The translations under genes were made by a program, and so were the position numbers. Shown piece by piece: positions 49,898-62,581 of a stretch of DNA of 64,000 nucleotides (position 1 is the stretch's first letter; every line of letters starts with the position of its first letter). The notes beneath the pieces are model-generated. The model made no database searches. It was not told the origin of the DNA and saw only the letters and a program-made list of their open reading frames with translations. Origin of the DNA: Candidatus Binatia bacterium (GTDB lineage Bacteria > Desulfobacterota > Binatia > UBA9968 > JAJDTQ01); NCBI GenBank assembly GCA_963666515.2, contig OY762897.2:2848001-2912000 (forward strand), read 5' to 3'.

Positions 49898-51106
49898 ATG
49901 CGAATGAGATCGCCCGAAACCAACGGCGCTCTGGCGCTCGACGGCGTGCGGGTCATGGCCTTCGAGCAGGTGCTCGCCGGCCCGTTCGGCACCGGCCTGC
50001 TGGGAGAGATGGGGGCCGAGGTCATCAAGATCGAGCGTCCCGGCGTGGGCGACCTGATCCGCCACTGGGACACCGCGGTGAAGGGTTTGTCGTCCGGCTA
50101 CGTGTGGCTCAACCGCAACAAGAAGAGCCTCACGGTGGACGTCAAGAAGCCGGAGGGCCTGGAGGTGCTACACAAGCTGGCGAAAACCACGGACGTATTC
50201 TTCGAGAACTACGCCCCCGGCGTGGCCGAGCGGGTGGGGCTGGGATGGGAAACCCTGCACGAGTTGAACCCGCGGCTCATCTACTGCTCGCTTTCGGGCT
50301 ATGGCCAGGACGGCCCCTACCGGGATATCAAGGCCTACGACCTGCTGATCCAGGGCGAGGCCGGCATCATCGCCACCACCGGCTATCCCGACAAGCCCGC
50401 ACGCGCGGGCGTGTCCGTCTCCGACATCGCCTCCGGCATGTACGCGGCGCTGGGCATCGTGCTGGCGCTGTTCCAGCGGGAGAAGACCGGCGAGGGGCAG
50501 GTCATCGACATCTCCATGTTCGAGAGCATCCTCTCCTGGCTCGGCTACTTCCCGCACCACTACTGGCACCGGGGCGAAGAGCCCGACCGGGTGGGCATGC
50601 GCCACCACTACGTCACCCCGTACGGGCCCTACATGGCGGGCGATGGCGAGTACGTGAACCTAGCGGTGGCCACGCCCCGGGACTGGGAGACCTTCTGCCT
50701 CAAGGTGATGCAGCGGCCGTCGCTGATGGAGGATACCCGCTTCGCCACCGTGGAAGCGCGCAAGGAGAACCGCGGCGTGCTGGAGGAGACCATCGAGCGG
50801 CTCTTCCTGGAGCACGGCCACGAGACTTGGCTCAAGCGCCTGCAGGACGCCGGGCTGCCCAACGGCAAGGTCCGCGGCATCGCCCAGGTGCTGGCCCATC
50901 CCCAGGCGGCCGCCCGCCGCATGATCCGGGAAGTGGACTCCCCCGTGGGCAAGGTTCCGGTCATCGGCAGCCCGTTGAAACTGTCCGGCAGCCCGGCCCG
51001 CTACGACCCCATCCCGGAACTTGGCGGCGCCACCGACGCGATCCTGGAAGAGTTGGGCTACGACGCGGACGCCATCGCGCGGATGCACCGGGACAAGGCG
51101 GTCTGA
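49898..51106 (+). CDS. CoA-transferase family III (CaiB/BaiF)
   Basis: GAEVIKIERP, LNRNKKS, ENY.PG, SGYGQDGPY, YDLLIQ, DI.SG. Confidence 0.93.
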   Translation: MRMRSPETNGALALDGVRVMAFEQVLAGPFGTGLLGEMGAEVIKIERPGVGDLIRHWDTAVKGLSSGYVWLNRNKKSLTVDVKKPEGLEVLHKLAKTTDVFFENYAPGVAERVGLGWETLHELNPRLIYCSLSGYGQDGPYRDIKAYDLLIQGEAGIIATTGYPDKPARAGVSVSDIASGMYAALGIVLALFQREKTGEGQVIDISMFESILSWLGYFPHHYWHRGEEPDRVGMRHHYVTPYGPYMAGDGEYVNLAVATPRDWETFCLKVMQRPSLMEDTRFATVEARKENRGVLEETIERLFLEHGHETWLKRLQDAGLPNGKVRGIAQVLAHPQAAARRMIREVDSPVGKVPVIGSPLKLSGSPARYDPIPELGGATDAILEELGYDADAIARMHRDKAV

Positions 51107-51144
51107 ATCCCCGTATCCTCCGAGCCAACCCGGCACCCCACAGA

Positions 51145-51243
51145 CCTCATTCCTGCGAAACAGGCTGTGTCAAAACCCTCCGTGGTTACGGACATGGCGC
51201 CACGCCCGCTATCGTCATTCCGGCGAAAGCCGGAATGACGATA
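51145..51243. repeat. REP-type hairpin plus a solo MITE terminus
   Basis: TCATTCCTGCGAAA|CAGGCTGTGTCAAAAC at 51147-51176 and a perfect hairpin TATCGTCATTCCGGC-GAAA-GCCGGAATGACGATA at 51210-51243. Confidence 0.65.
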
Positions 51244-51373
51244 CGGGGCTCCCTGCCGGTTTGGCAACCCGCAGCGGTTACGCTAGAAAGAGGGGTTTCA
51301 AGGCCCCGCGGCTTCCATCCGCCCGCGTCCTTCCGGACCGCCTGAAACCGAATTCCGTACCAAGGAGCTGACC

Positions 51374-54067
<2,694 letters not shown>

Positions 54068-54087
54068 CCCGGCGCCGTCCCGCATCC

Positions 54088-54369
54088 GTCATTCCCGCGA
54101 TAGCATGCCCTCAACCCCGATCGGAGGCGGGAATCCAGGACGGGGCCGGGATTCCCGCTTTCCAGGCCGTGTCAAAACACCATCTGAGAACAGGGACCAA
54201 CCCCTGAAACGTCATTCCCGCGGAAGCGGGAATCCAGGAGGGGTGAGGCGGGGAACGCCGCTGTAGCGCCCCGCCACCGCCCCTGGATTCCCGCTTTCGC
54301 GGGAATGACAGATTGGACTTTCGTCGCTGCGAAGTGGTGTTTTGACACGGCCTGTTTCGCGGGAATGAC
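54088..54369. repeat. Array of GTCATTCCCGCG / GCGGGAATCCAG REP-type palindromes
   Basis: Multiple copies of GTCATTCCCGC..GCGGGAATCCAG and the complementary CTGGATTCCCGCTTTCGCGGGAATGAC downstream of acnA. Confidence 0.75.
54163..54354. mobile_element. 192-bp MITE-like element with 20-bp terminal inverted repeats and a 4-bp TSD
   Basis: CAGGCCGTGTCAAAACACCA (54163-54182) and TGGTGTTTTGACACGGCCTG (54335-54354) form a perfect IR; TTTC flanks both sides. Confidence 0.75.
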
Positions 54370-54418
54370 AGGAGAGGACACAGCCCGTTCTTCAGGAACC
54401 CCGTCCGGTCTAATTCTC

Positions 54419-55315
54419 ATGAAACTGTTTGTGTGTGTTGTCGCGGGTTTGACCGCGCTGCTGCTCGCGGCGACGGCCATGGCCCAACGGGAAAGAAGGC
54501 CGCGCGCCCGCTTTCACACCGTTACGGAAAGTGCCGCGGTAAGGCTGGTGCCCGCCAACGAAACGGCCGGCCCGCCGAAGGTATCGATCGAAGTGTCCGG
54601 CGCCACCCGGACCATCACCTCCAACGGCATTCCGTCGCACACGGTGGGGACCTTCCCGAACCGCGGCAACCCCCACGCCATCACCCCGCAGGAGTACACG
54701 TTCACCGTCACCACGGAGCCGGCACCCGCGGGTGAGACGACCGCGTCGCGGCGCTGGCTTTGGGGCGTCGCAGTCAACGGCGTTCCGTTCGAGGCGCCTA
54801 CCGCGGAATTCTGGCACGGCGAACGCGGCGGCTGGAACTACGACGCCCTCGGCGGCGCGGTCCGGCTGGGGCTGGACGCCAACCATGCGCACGTTCAGCG
54901 CACCGGCGCCTATCACTACCACGCGCTGCCTACCGGCCTGATGCAACGCGTGGGTTGGAAGGCGGATGCTCATTCGCCCCTGATCGGCTGGGCGGCGGAC
55001 GGCTTTCCGATCTACGCGGTCACGGGCGACCTGGGGGACGGCGTACGGAAGGTGCGGAGTTCCTACCGGCTGAAGCCCGGCGCGCGCCCGGGGGGCGACG
55101 CACCCGGCGGCGCGCATGACGGCACCTTCGTGGAGGATTGGGCATACGTCGCCGGCAGCGGCGATCTCGATGAATGCAACGGCGCCGTGACCCGGTCCGC
55201 CGAGTTCCCCGAGGGCTCCTACGCCTATTTCATCACCGAGGGCTACCCCTTCGTCGCCCGCTGCTGGAAGGGAACGCCCGACCCCAGCTTCCGGAAACGT
55301 CGCCGGGGCCGTTGA
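54419..55315 (+). CDS. YHYH domain secreted protein
   Basis: Signal peptide, SNGIP.H, GVAVNGVPF, DANHAHVQRTGAYHYH, HSPLIGWAADGFPIY, GDLDECNG. Confidence 0.88.
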   Translation: MKLFVCVVAGLTALLLAATAMAQRERRPRARFHTVTESAAVRLVPANETAGPPKVSIEVSGATRTITSNGIPSHTVGTFPNRGNPHAITPQEYTFTVTTEPAPAGETTASRRWLWGVAVNGVPFEAPTAEFWHGERGGWNYDALGGAVRLGLDANHAHVQRTGAYHYHALPTGLMQRVGWKADAHSPLIGWAADGFPIYAVTGDLGDGVRKVRSSYRLKPGARPGGDAPGGAHDGTFVEDWAYVAGSGDLDECNGAVTRSAEFPEGSYAYFITEGYPFVARCWKGTPDPSFRKRRRGR

Positions 55316-55357
55316 TCTCCACCACCGCGCAACACCCGCCACCCGTCGGCGCGCGAG

Positions 55358-55474
55358 GGCGTCCTTCGACTTCGCGACGCTTCGCGTCGCTACGCTCAGG
55401 ACGAGCGGTTGTGATGGCATTTCTCCGTTCGTCGTGAGCGTAGCGAGCCTTGGCGAGCGAAGTCGAAGGACGCC
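55358..55474. repeat. Long imperfect palindromic element between convergent genes
   Basis: GGCGTCCTTCGACTTCGC..GCTACGCTCAGGACGAGCGG pairs with CCGTTCGTCGTGAGCGTAGC..GCGAAGTCGAAGGACGCC. Confidence 0.7.
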
Positions 55475-55508
55475 ATTTCACTGACCTTGGAAATTCTCGG
55501 ACAGGCGC

Positions 55509-56396
55509 CTAGCCGGACGGCCAGGGCATCGATCCATCCGTTACGATGAGGATCAGCCCCAGCGTCATGCTGGCCGCACCCAGCAGCCGGATCCTCGCGG
55601 CCCCCTCGCCGAGCAGCCGTATCCCCATGAGCGAGCCGATCAGGATGCTGATCTCCCGCGCGGGCGCGATGTGGCTCACCGGCGTGATCTGCAACGCGGT
55701 TAGTACGAAGATGTAGGCCAGGGGATTCAGCAGCGCCACCCCCAGCGCCTCGCGGCGGTGCCGCAACCAGTGGTTGCGAAGCTCGGGGCGGCGGCGCCAG
55801 GCGACGGGCGCCAGCAGGACGGTGCGCCCGCAGTTGGTGCCCCAGTCGAGGAGCAAGGGCGCGATGCCGATTGCGCTCACGGCGTTCTTGTCCCACAGCG
55901 TGTAGCTGGCGATCACCACCCCGGTGGCCAGGCCGTACGTCACCGCGGCCCCGGACGGCGCGCCGCGCCGGGACCAGGCACCGGCGCCGCTCAACACGAA
56001 GACGCCCGCGATGATGAGGATGCCGCCGGCCACGACCCCGGCGGTGGGACGCTCCCCGAGAATCAGCACCGCTCCGATAACCGCCAGAAAAGGCCCGGTG
56101 CCGCGGGCCAACGGGTAGACCACGGACAGGTCGCCCGCCCGGTACCCGCGCTGCAGGACTCCGTAGTAGAGCGTGTGCAACACGCTGCTGCCCGCGATCA
56201 CGGCGACCATCGTCGTGCTCAGGGCGGTCGGTCGGTACCAACACCACGCCAGCACCGCGGGAAGGTACAGGCCGACGGACAGCACGGCGAACAGCCACTG
56301 GAACGCCGGCCCGCCCTGCGCCCTCTTGAGCAGCAGGTTCCAGGTGGCATGAACGAAGGCGGCCGCCAGGAGGAGGCTGAGAGCGAAGAGAGTCAT
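55509..56396 (-). CDS. EamA/DMT family transporter
   Basis: HATWN, GDLSVVYPLARG, YTLWDK, APAREISIL; about 10 TMs. Confidence 0.9.
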   Translation of the reverse strand: MTLFALSLLLAAAFVHATWNLLLKRAQGGPAFQWLFAVLSVGLYLPAVLAWCWYRPTALSTTMVAVIAGSSVLHTLYYGVLQRGYRAGDLSVVYPLARGTGPFLAVIGAVLILGERPTAGVVAGGILIIAGVFVLSGAGAWSRRGAPSGAAVTYGLATGVVIASYTLWDKNAVSAIGIAPLLLDWGTNCGRTVLLAPVAWRRRPELRNHWLRHRREALGVALLNPLAYIFVLTALQITPVSHIAPAREISILIGSLMGIRLLGEGAARIRLLGAASMTLGLILIVTDGSMPWPSG

Positions 56397-56449
56397 GATC
56401 AGACAGACACCTAGACCTGACGGGGTCCTTCTGGCAAGAAGGTGGGGCC

Positions 56450-57616
56450 ATGGAGGAGGAACGGCTCTCGGTCCGCATCGTCCGGCGCATCAACGAGGTG
56501 ACGCGGGAGGCGTGGGACACCCTGGTGCGGGACGGCTCGCCGTTCATGCGCTGGGACTGGCTGGACTGCCTGGAGGACACGAGTTGCGTGTGCGACCAGA
56601 CCGGCTGGGCGCCGCACCACCTCGTGGTCGAAAAGGGGAAGGACCTCCTCGGCGCCTGCCCCATGTACCTCAAGTCCCACAGCATGGGGGAGTTCGTCTT
56701 CGACCACCAATGGGCCTCCTACGCCATGCAAGGGGGTATCCAGTACTATCCCAAGATGCTCGTGGGCGTTCCGTTCACGCCGGTGGCGGGATCGCGCTTC
56801 CTCACCGCGCCGGGCATCGACCGCCGGAGCATCGTCGCCGTCCTGGGCCGGGCGCTGGTGGAGATCTGCCGCGGCAACGAGCTGTCGTCGATCCACATCA
56901 ACTTCTGCGACCGGGACGAGATGGAGGCGCTGGAGGATCTGGACTTCATCCCCAAGATCGGCCTCCAGTTCCATTGGCAGAACCGCGAATACGGAACCTT
57001 CGACGACTACCTCGGGGCCTTCCGCAGCGACCGCCGCAACAAGATCAAACGCGAGCGGCGGGAACTGGACAACCAGGGCATCCGTGTCCGCGCGCTGCCC
57101 TACGATGAAATCACCCCCGACGTCCAGCGTACCCTGTTCGAGCTCTACAAGCACCACATCGACCGCCTCTACTACGGCCGGCAGTACCTGAACCGCCGCT
57201 TCTTCGACGAACTGCTGAAGCGGCCCTACCCCTTCATCTGCCCCATCGTGGCCGAACGCGACGGCCGCATCATCGCCGGCACCTTCAACATCCGCGGCCC
57301 GGACGCCCTCTACGGCCGCTACTGGGGCGCCTTCGAGGACCACCGCTACCTGCACTTCAACGTCTGCTACTACGGCGCCATCGAGCACTGCATCAACGAG
57401 TCCCTGGCCCGCTTCGAGGCCGGCGCCGGCGGCAGCTTCAAGAACCTCCGCGGCCTCGAAGCCGCCAAGACCTACAGCGCCCACTACGTCCGCGACAAGC
57501 GCTTCCGGGAGGCCCTGGAGCGCTACCTCCGGGAAGAGCGCTCCGAGACCCTGGCACGGCAGGAGTATCTGCTGGAGGGGAGCCCGCTGAAGAAAGGGGA
57601 TGGGGGAGGGGTGTAG
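56450..57616 (+). CDS. GNAT/FemAB-like protein (DUF482)
   Basis: YLKSHSMGEFVFD..WA, YYPK....PFTPV.G.R, QFHW.N, LYGRYWG, LHF.VCYY, FEAGA.G. Confidence 0.88.
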   Translation: MEEERLSVRIVRRINEVTREAWDTLVRDGSPFMRWDWLDCLEDTSCVCDQTGWAPHHLVVEKGKDLLGACPMYLKSHSMGEFVFDHQWASYAMQGGIQYYPKMLVGVPFTPVAGSRFLTAPGIDRRSIVAVLGRALVEICRGNELSSIHINFCDRDEMEALEDLDFIPKIGLQFHWQNREYGTFDDYLGAFRSDRRNKIKRERRELDNQGIRVRALPYDEITPDVQRTLFELYKHHIDRLYYGRQYLNRRFFDELLKRPYPFICPIVAERDGRIIAGTFNIRGPDALYGRYWGAFEDHRYLHFNVCYYGAIEHCINESLARFEAGAGGSFKNLRGLEAAKTYSAHYVRDKRFREALERYLREERSETLARQEYLLEGSPLKKGDGGGV

Positions 57617-57658
57617 CCACCGTGAACACCAAGTTCCTCATCGCGACACTCAGGAGCC

Positions 57659-58849
57659 ATGAAGAAACCGATGGTTGAACCCGGCGATCTTGATACCCAG
57701 TATCGATCCGTCTTCGGCGACGTGTCCCGGATTATCGACGCGGCCAGGAGATCGGCCGTTCACTCGGTGAACGCCGTGATGACCGCCGCGTACTGGTTGA
57801 TCGGACAGTATATTGTAGAGTTCGAGCAATCGGGCGAACAGCGGGCCGCATACGGAACCGCGCTCATCGAGAGGCTCAGTGCGGATCTGACGGAGCGGTT
57901 CGGACGCGGGTTCTCTCGTCAGAACCTCCAACAAATGCGCGTATTCTACCTTGCCTATCCACCGGAGAAGATTCGCCAGACGATGTCTGGCGAATCGAGT
58001 CCGTCGCTGCAAGTTATTCGCCAGACGCCATCTGGCAAAACCTGGAGTGCTCTCAAACGGAATATATCGGCGACATCTGCAGATTCTTCGCTGACCGGTA
58101 TCGCTTCATCCTTTCCCCTCCCCTGGTCTGCCTATGTAAGGCTGCTATCCGTCAAGAACCTACGCGCCCGCGAGTTCTACGAAACGGAAGCTCTGCGCGG
58201 AGGGTGGTCGGTTCGTCAACTCGACCGTCAGATCGACTCCCAGTTCTACGAGCGCACCGCCCTGTCCAAGAATAAAGCGGCCATGCTCACACGGGGCAGA
58301 AAGCCACGGCCTGAAGATCTTGTGCTGCCTGAAGAAGCGATCAAGGACCCCTTCGTTCTCGAATTTCTTGATCTCGAAGACAAATATTCCGAAAGCGATC
58401 TGGAAAAAGCACTGATCCGCGGCCTGGAGACTTTCCTCCTGGAACTCGGCGGAGACTTCTGTTTCATAGGCAGACAGAGACGGCTGCGAGTCGGCCGCGA
58501 GTGGTACAGAGTTGACCTGCTGTTCTTCCACAGGCGGCTGCGGTGTCTGGTGGTGATCGACTTGAAAATCGGCAAATTCACCCACGCCGATGCCGGACAG
58601 ATGCATCTTTATCTCAACTACGCGCAGAAGCATTGGACACACGAAAACGAAAACCCACCCGTCGGGTTGATTCTATGCGCCCAAAAAGACGACGCTGTTG
58701 CCCGGTATGCGCTCCAAGGACTACCGAACAAGGTCATGGCTGCTGAGTACCGGACCGCGCTCCCGGACGAAGAGACGCTCGCAGCAGAAATCGTCCGGGT
58801 GAGGGAAGATCTAGATTCGTCTCCACGACGGAAACAGCGACCCATCTAA
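57659..58849 (+). CDS. YhcG / DUF1016 family PD-(D/E)XK nuclease
   Basis: YWLIG..IVEFEQ, GRGFS..NL..MR.FY, WSVRQL.RQ, KDPFVLEFL, VDLLFFHR..IDLK, GQM..YLNY. Confidence 0.92.
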   Translation: MKKPMVEPGDLDTQYRSVFGDVSRIIDAARRSAVHSVNAVMTAAYWLIGQYIVEFEQSGEQRAAYGTALIERLSADLTERFGRGFSRQNLQQMRVFYLAYPPEKIRQTMSGESSPSLQVIRQTPSGKTWSALKRNISATSADSSLTGIASSFPLPWSAYVRLLSVKNLRAREFYETEALRGGWSVRQLDRQIDSQFYERTALSKNKAAMLTRGRKPRPEDLVLPEEAIKDPFVLEFLDLEDKYSESDLEKALIRGLETFLLELGGDFCFIGRQRRLRVGREWYRVDLLFFHRRLRCLVVIDLKIGKFTHADAGQMHLYLNYAQKHWTHENENPPVGLILCAQKDDAVARYALQGLPNKVMAAEYRTALPDEETLAAEIVRVREDLDSSPRRKQRPI

Positions 58850-58989
58850 TGAACCCGAGATGCCAAGCCGATGGAGGTCAGAGCGCGTTATCCGGCATTC
58901 TTGCGTTGTGGGCCAGCCCGGCCCTTGGCCCGGAAACCAGCGTAAAGCTTGAGATTCAGGATTGTGATTTCTACTGTAGAAGGTGAGTC

Positions 58990-59862
58990 ATGACGGATGA
59001 ACAAGGGGACCTCCCCCTGAAAATGATCGACACAGTGACCGGCACGAACTCACCCGAGAGTCGGCCCGATCTGATGAAGGCACTCCAGAAGGCGCTGAAG
59101 GCGGCTGCCCCACTCGCTAGGCCAAGCAAGGCAACAAGCCCTGGAGAACGACTCCCCGCTCTGGGCAAAGTCATCACGGCACTCAGGGCGATCGATGTTG
59201 AAAGCGTACTCCGGGATCTGGAGACCGAGCAGGCTGCTCTTGCTCAGAGGAGGGACGACGCTTTCGCACGCCGACGTGAAGACCTCCTGCGGGCCGCAAA
59301 GGAAGCTGGGTGCCCTTCACGTCGCCTGAAGAGCTACGACTTTGTCAGTGGCTTCCGAGTGAATTACAAACAGGACCGCGTAACATTGATTCTCGGAAGC
59401 GAGCCTCACGAGGTTTTCGCCGAAGTAGACGGAACTCGGCTGTTCTCGCGTATCAGAGAGGCAAGGGGAAAACTCGAAGGATTCCCGTTCACGCGCGCCG
59501 ATTTCTTTCGGTCAATAAAGGACGCCATAGGTTTCGCCCGCATGCAGGGGCAATACCCTGACGGCAAGGTTCCGATTCGTGAGATCTATCCACTGGTGGT
59601 GCTCGTCCGGCTTAGTTACAACGCGGATTTCCTCAAACACCCCGACTCAAAGTCCTTTTCCGACTACTCAATGACGCAATTCGTTTACGACTTTGCACGG
59701 TTTGGTCTTGAGAACTGGAGTCTGGAAAACGAGCGCTTGGCTAACCAGCCGCCAAACATGGCTACAGCCGCAAAAGCAGTAACACTCCCATCTCTCCATG
59801 GCGACGGTAGCGGCGGCCCCCAACTCGGAGCGGTTTCAATTCAGAGGGTTGCGTCGCTGTGA
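58990..59862 (+). CDS. Hypothetical protein (coiled-coil segment), coupled to the downstream ATPase
   Basis: 290-aa ORF in lower-GC DNA with AAGG RBS; its stop overlaps the GTG of the next gene. Confidence 0.7.
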   Translation: MTDEQGDLPLKMIDTVTGTNSPESRPDLMKALQKALKAAAPLARPSKATSPGERLPALGKVITALRAIDVESVLRDLETEQAALAQRRDDAFARRREDLLRAAKEAGCPSRRLKSYDFVSGFRVNYKQDRVTLILGSEPHEVFAEVDGTRLFSRIREARGKLEGFPFTRADFFRSIKDAIGFARMQGQYPDGKVPIREIYPLVVLVRLSYNADFLKHPDSKSFSDYSMTQFVYDFARFGLENWSLENERLANQPPNMATAAKAVTLPSLHGDGSGGPQLGAVSIQRVASL

Positions 59863-60848
59863 AGCCATTGGAAGTGCTGGCTCATCTCGGAGAATTGGGA
59901 ACGCCACCGGATGAGCAAACGGCGTTGCGTATGTCGGCCGGCTTGGAGACGTCGTTGCAAAGAATCGACGACGAGACCCTTCCTTTCATTGCCATGGGCG
60001 GTGGCGAGCTTCAGTTTGTCTATGGGCCGTACGGGCGCGGGAAGACGCATTTCCTCAAGGCTCTGGCACAACGGGCGCGCGACCGCGGTTTCGTCACTGC
60101 CTATGTGGATTGTCAGGAGAACGAGAGTCCCTTCCAGTCATTGACGGCAACATACCGCGCGATCGCCGCAAGCATGACGCCACCTCTACCACACCGCTTT
60201 TTTGCCACGTCTGGTGTTACAAGGATCATTGAAGCGCAATTCATCCACAAGGACAAAACCGAACAACAGACGCTGATAGACCGCTTGAAAAGCAACAAAG
60301 CCATGATACCGGATTTTCGAAACCTCGTTTTAGCTTACTGCACCGAGGCTGTGCTGGCTGGGAGCGACGAACATCTTGCGGAACGCCTGGAGGCTCTCCT
60401 CGCCGCCTCACCAACCTATCGAGTGAGGGTGGGCGCGTTGTACCGGGAACACACGGGACTGCCAAGGCCTTTGGGAAAACTCAGTCGGCGCAATGCAGCC
60501 GGATGGCTCCGAGCGTTGCTTTCACTTCCACGTGAGCTCGGGTTCGCTGGGATGCTTGTGCTGTTTGACGAAACCGAAACTGTCCTGTCGCCCCGAGGTA
60601 AGCATCGGCAAGTGCATCTCGCGCACATCCGTACTTTGATCGATCACATGGCGACTGGCGCGTTTCGTGGTTGTGCCATATACTACGCGACGGCCGAGGA
60701 ATTCGGCGAGACCATGAAGGATTTAGAGGCATTAAATCAGCGCATTGACCCGTCAGTTGCAAAACGCCCTCTTGAAGAGCCCGCTCAGGCCGTCCTACAA
60801 AGGCTCTCCGGTGTCATACGGCAAATAGCTCAGGCTCACCATCTGTGA
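59859..60848 (+). CDS. DUF2791/BrxD-like P-loop ATPase, probably truncated by IS insertion at about 60749
   Basis: FVYGPYGRGKTHFL, RGFVTAYV, Y.AI, GFAGMLVLFDETE, ALNQRI. The last ~33 codons lie inside the predicted IS end. Confidence 0.75.
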   Translation: MKPLEVLAHLGELGTPPDEQTALRMSAGLETSLQRIDDETLPFIAMGGGELQFVYGPYGRGKTHFLKALAQRARDRGFVTAYVDCQENESPFQSLTATYRAIAASMTPPLPHRFFATSGVTRIIEAQFIHKDKTEQQTLIDRLKSNKAMIPDFRNLVLAYCTEAVLAGSDEHLAERLEALLAASPTYRVRVGALYREHTGLPRPLGKLSRRNAAGWLRALLSLPRELGFAGMLVLFDETETVLSPRGKHRQVHLAHIRTLIDHMATGAFRGCAIYYATAEEFGETMKDLEALNQRIDPSVAKRPLEEPAQAVLQRLSGVIRQIAQAHHL

Positions 60849-62413
60849 AGCTAAGCCACAGCCGCCCGTGAGATAAAATCGAGGGGGGTTGTTGCGACAT
60901 TTTTTCGAACAAAACGAGGTGAGCTCAAGGATGTGGTCTCCGAAACTGATATAATCATCGTTGGTATCATCCCAATACCCGATGAAACGGAGACCACGAA
61001 ATGAAACTTAGCAGAACCGCGGTTCGAGGTAAAGCCACGCTGGGCATGGAGGTTCGATTCGAGCCGCAGAAACTGACATCGTATTCGGGGCTCATCCTCT
61101 TTCAGTGCTTCTTTTCCCACCTGGGTCTCAAGGAGCGGCTGGGGCGGTGCTTCCGCCACCTGAAAGCCAATCCGATCTACGGTCACCACGTCGTGTTGCT
61201 GCTGCTGGTGGTGCATCTCATCATCGGACACCGACAGTTGCAAGACTTGGCGTACTACCGGGATGATGAACTGGTCCGGCGGTTGCTTGGGCTGAAACGC
61301 TTGCCGGACGTGTCTACCGTGAGCCGCTCGCTGAAGAGTGCCGACGCGTGCAGCGTCGACAACGTCCGCGCCGAGTCGAGAACGGTGGTCATCGAGCGCC
61401 TGGTGGCCGAAGGTTTCGCGACTATCACCCTGGACTTCGACGGCTCGGTCTTGAGCACCGGGCGCCACGCCGAGGGCACCGCGGTGGGGTTCAACAAGAA
61501 GAAGAAAGGGGCGCGCAGCTACTACCCCCTGTTTTGCACCGTGGCCCAGACCGACCAGGTGCTCGACGTGCACCATCGGCCGGGAAACGTCCATGACTCC
61601 AAGGGCGCCGATGCCTTCATCCAGGGCTGTGTGTGCACCGTGCGCGCAAGCCTGCCCCGGGCCAGGATCGAGGTGCGCATGGACAGCGCCTTCTTCAGCA
61701 GGGATATCGTCGACCGGCTTCACTCCCTGGGTGTCACCTTCACCGTCTCGGTGCCCTTCGAGCGCTTGGCCGAACTGAAGGGGATGATCGAAGGCAGACA
61801 ACGATGGCGGCCCATGGCCAATGGACTCGGCTACTTCGAGACCCGCTGGAAGCCCAAGTCCTGGAACACCCGCTATCGCTTCGTCTTCATCAGAAAACCC
61901 GTCCGATACCAGGACAAGGAGGAAATCCAACTCGACCTCTTCAAGCCGGTCTCCCATGGGTACGAGTTCAAGGTCATCGTCACCAACAAGAGAATCCGCC
62001 CACGCAACGTGGCGCTCTTCCACGAAGGACGGGGATCCCAAGAGGGTATCTTCGCCGAGTTGAAGTCCCACTGCCAAATGGGCTACGTGCCCGTCAAAAC
62101 ACGCGTCGGGAACCAGTTGTACATGTTCGCCAGCATCCTCGCTCACAACCTCACCCGCGAACTCCAGATGCGAATCCACCCCCGTGAGCGTTCCACCACA
62201 GCCAAGCGCCCCGCCCTGTGGTGCTTCCGCGAAATCGGAACCCTGCGCCGTACCCTCATTCAACGAGCCGGACGTATCATTCGCCCCGCCGGCAAGCTCA
62301 TCCTGTCGATGAATACCAATCCGAATCTCGAAGCAGAACTGCGTCACGCCCTCGCAGCCCTCACGCCCCGCGCCTGACTCTTAAATTCAGCCGTGGTTTT
62401 TGCAACAATCGAG
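60749..62413 (+). mobile_element. IS1380-family insertion sequence
   Basis: Imperfect 16-bp terminal IRs CCCGTCAGTTGCAAAA (60749) and TTTTGCAACAATCGAG (ends 62413), 12/16 match, around a DDE transposase. No TSD seen. Confidence 0.7.
61001..62377 (+). CDS. IS1380 family transposase
   Basis: LTSYSGL, TLDFDGSV, SYYPL, RPGNVHD, RMDSAFF, GRGSQEGIFAELK, LAHNL.REL, TLRR.LI.RAGR. Confidence 0.9.
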   Translation: MKLSRTAVRGKATLGMEVRFEPQKLTSYSGLILFQCFFSHLGLKERLGRCFRHLKANPIYGHHVVLLLLVVHLIIGHRQLQDLAYYRDDELVRRLLGLKRLPDVSTVSRSLKSADACSVDNVRAESRTVVIERLVAEGFATITLDFDGSVLSTGRHAEGTAVGFNKKKKGARSYYPLFCTVAQTDQVLDVHHRPGNVHDSKGADAFIQGCVCTVRASLPRARIEVRMDSAFFSRDIVDRLHSLGVTFTVSVPFERLAELKGMIEGRQRWRPMANGLGYFETRWKPKSWNTRYRFVFIRKPVRYQDKEEIQLDLFKPVSHGYEFKVIVTNKRIRPRNVALFHEGRGSQEGIFAELKSHCQMGYVPVKTRVGNQLYMFASILAHNLTRELQMRIHPRERSTTAKRPALWCFREIGTLRRTLIQRAGRIIRPAGKLILSMNTNPNLEAELRHALAALTPRA

Positions 62414-62581
62414 TATATCCAGCTAACCGCAAAGGGTTGGGAAACAAAGAGTCTGCATCAGGTAAATTCTTTGTCGCGCGACGATGTTTTTGAAATCCCG
62501 TGGGAGGAGTTTCGCTGGTACAAGGCATGGCGCAAAAAAGGAGAAGAGCTAAAAGCTCGGCAACAGGGCAAAGGGCAATGA
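62414..62581 (+). pseudogene. Probable C-terminal remnant of a gene cut by the IS
   Basis: Open frame from the IS right end to a TGA that overlaps the ATG of the Res gene; no start of its own outside the IS. Confidence 0.4.

Noticed and set aside
54088-54369. Possible CRISPR array
   Set aside because: Repeats alternate in orientation with irregular spacing and no cas genes are present; REP/MITE explains them.
57968-58040. IRQTxSG repeated twice in YhcG
   Set aside because: A variable repeated linker is common in DUF1016 proteins.
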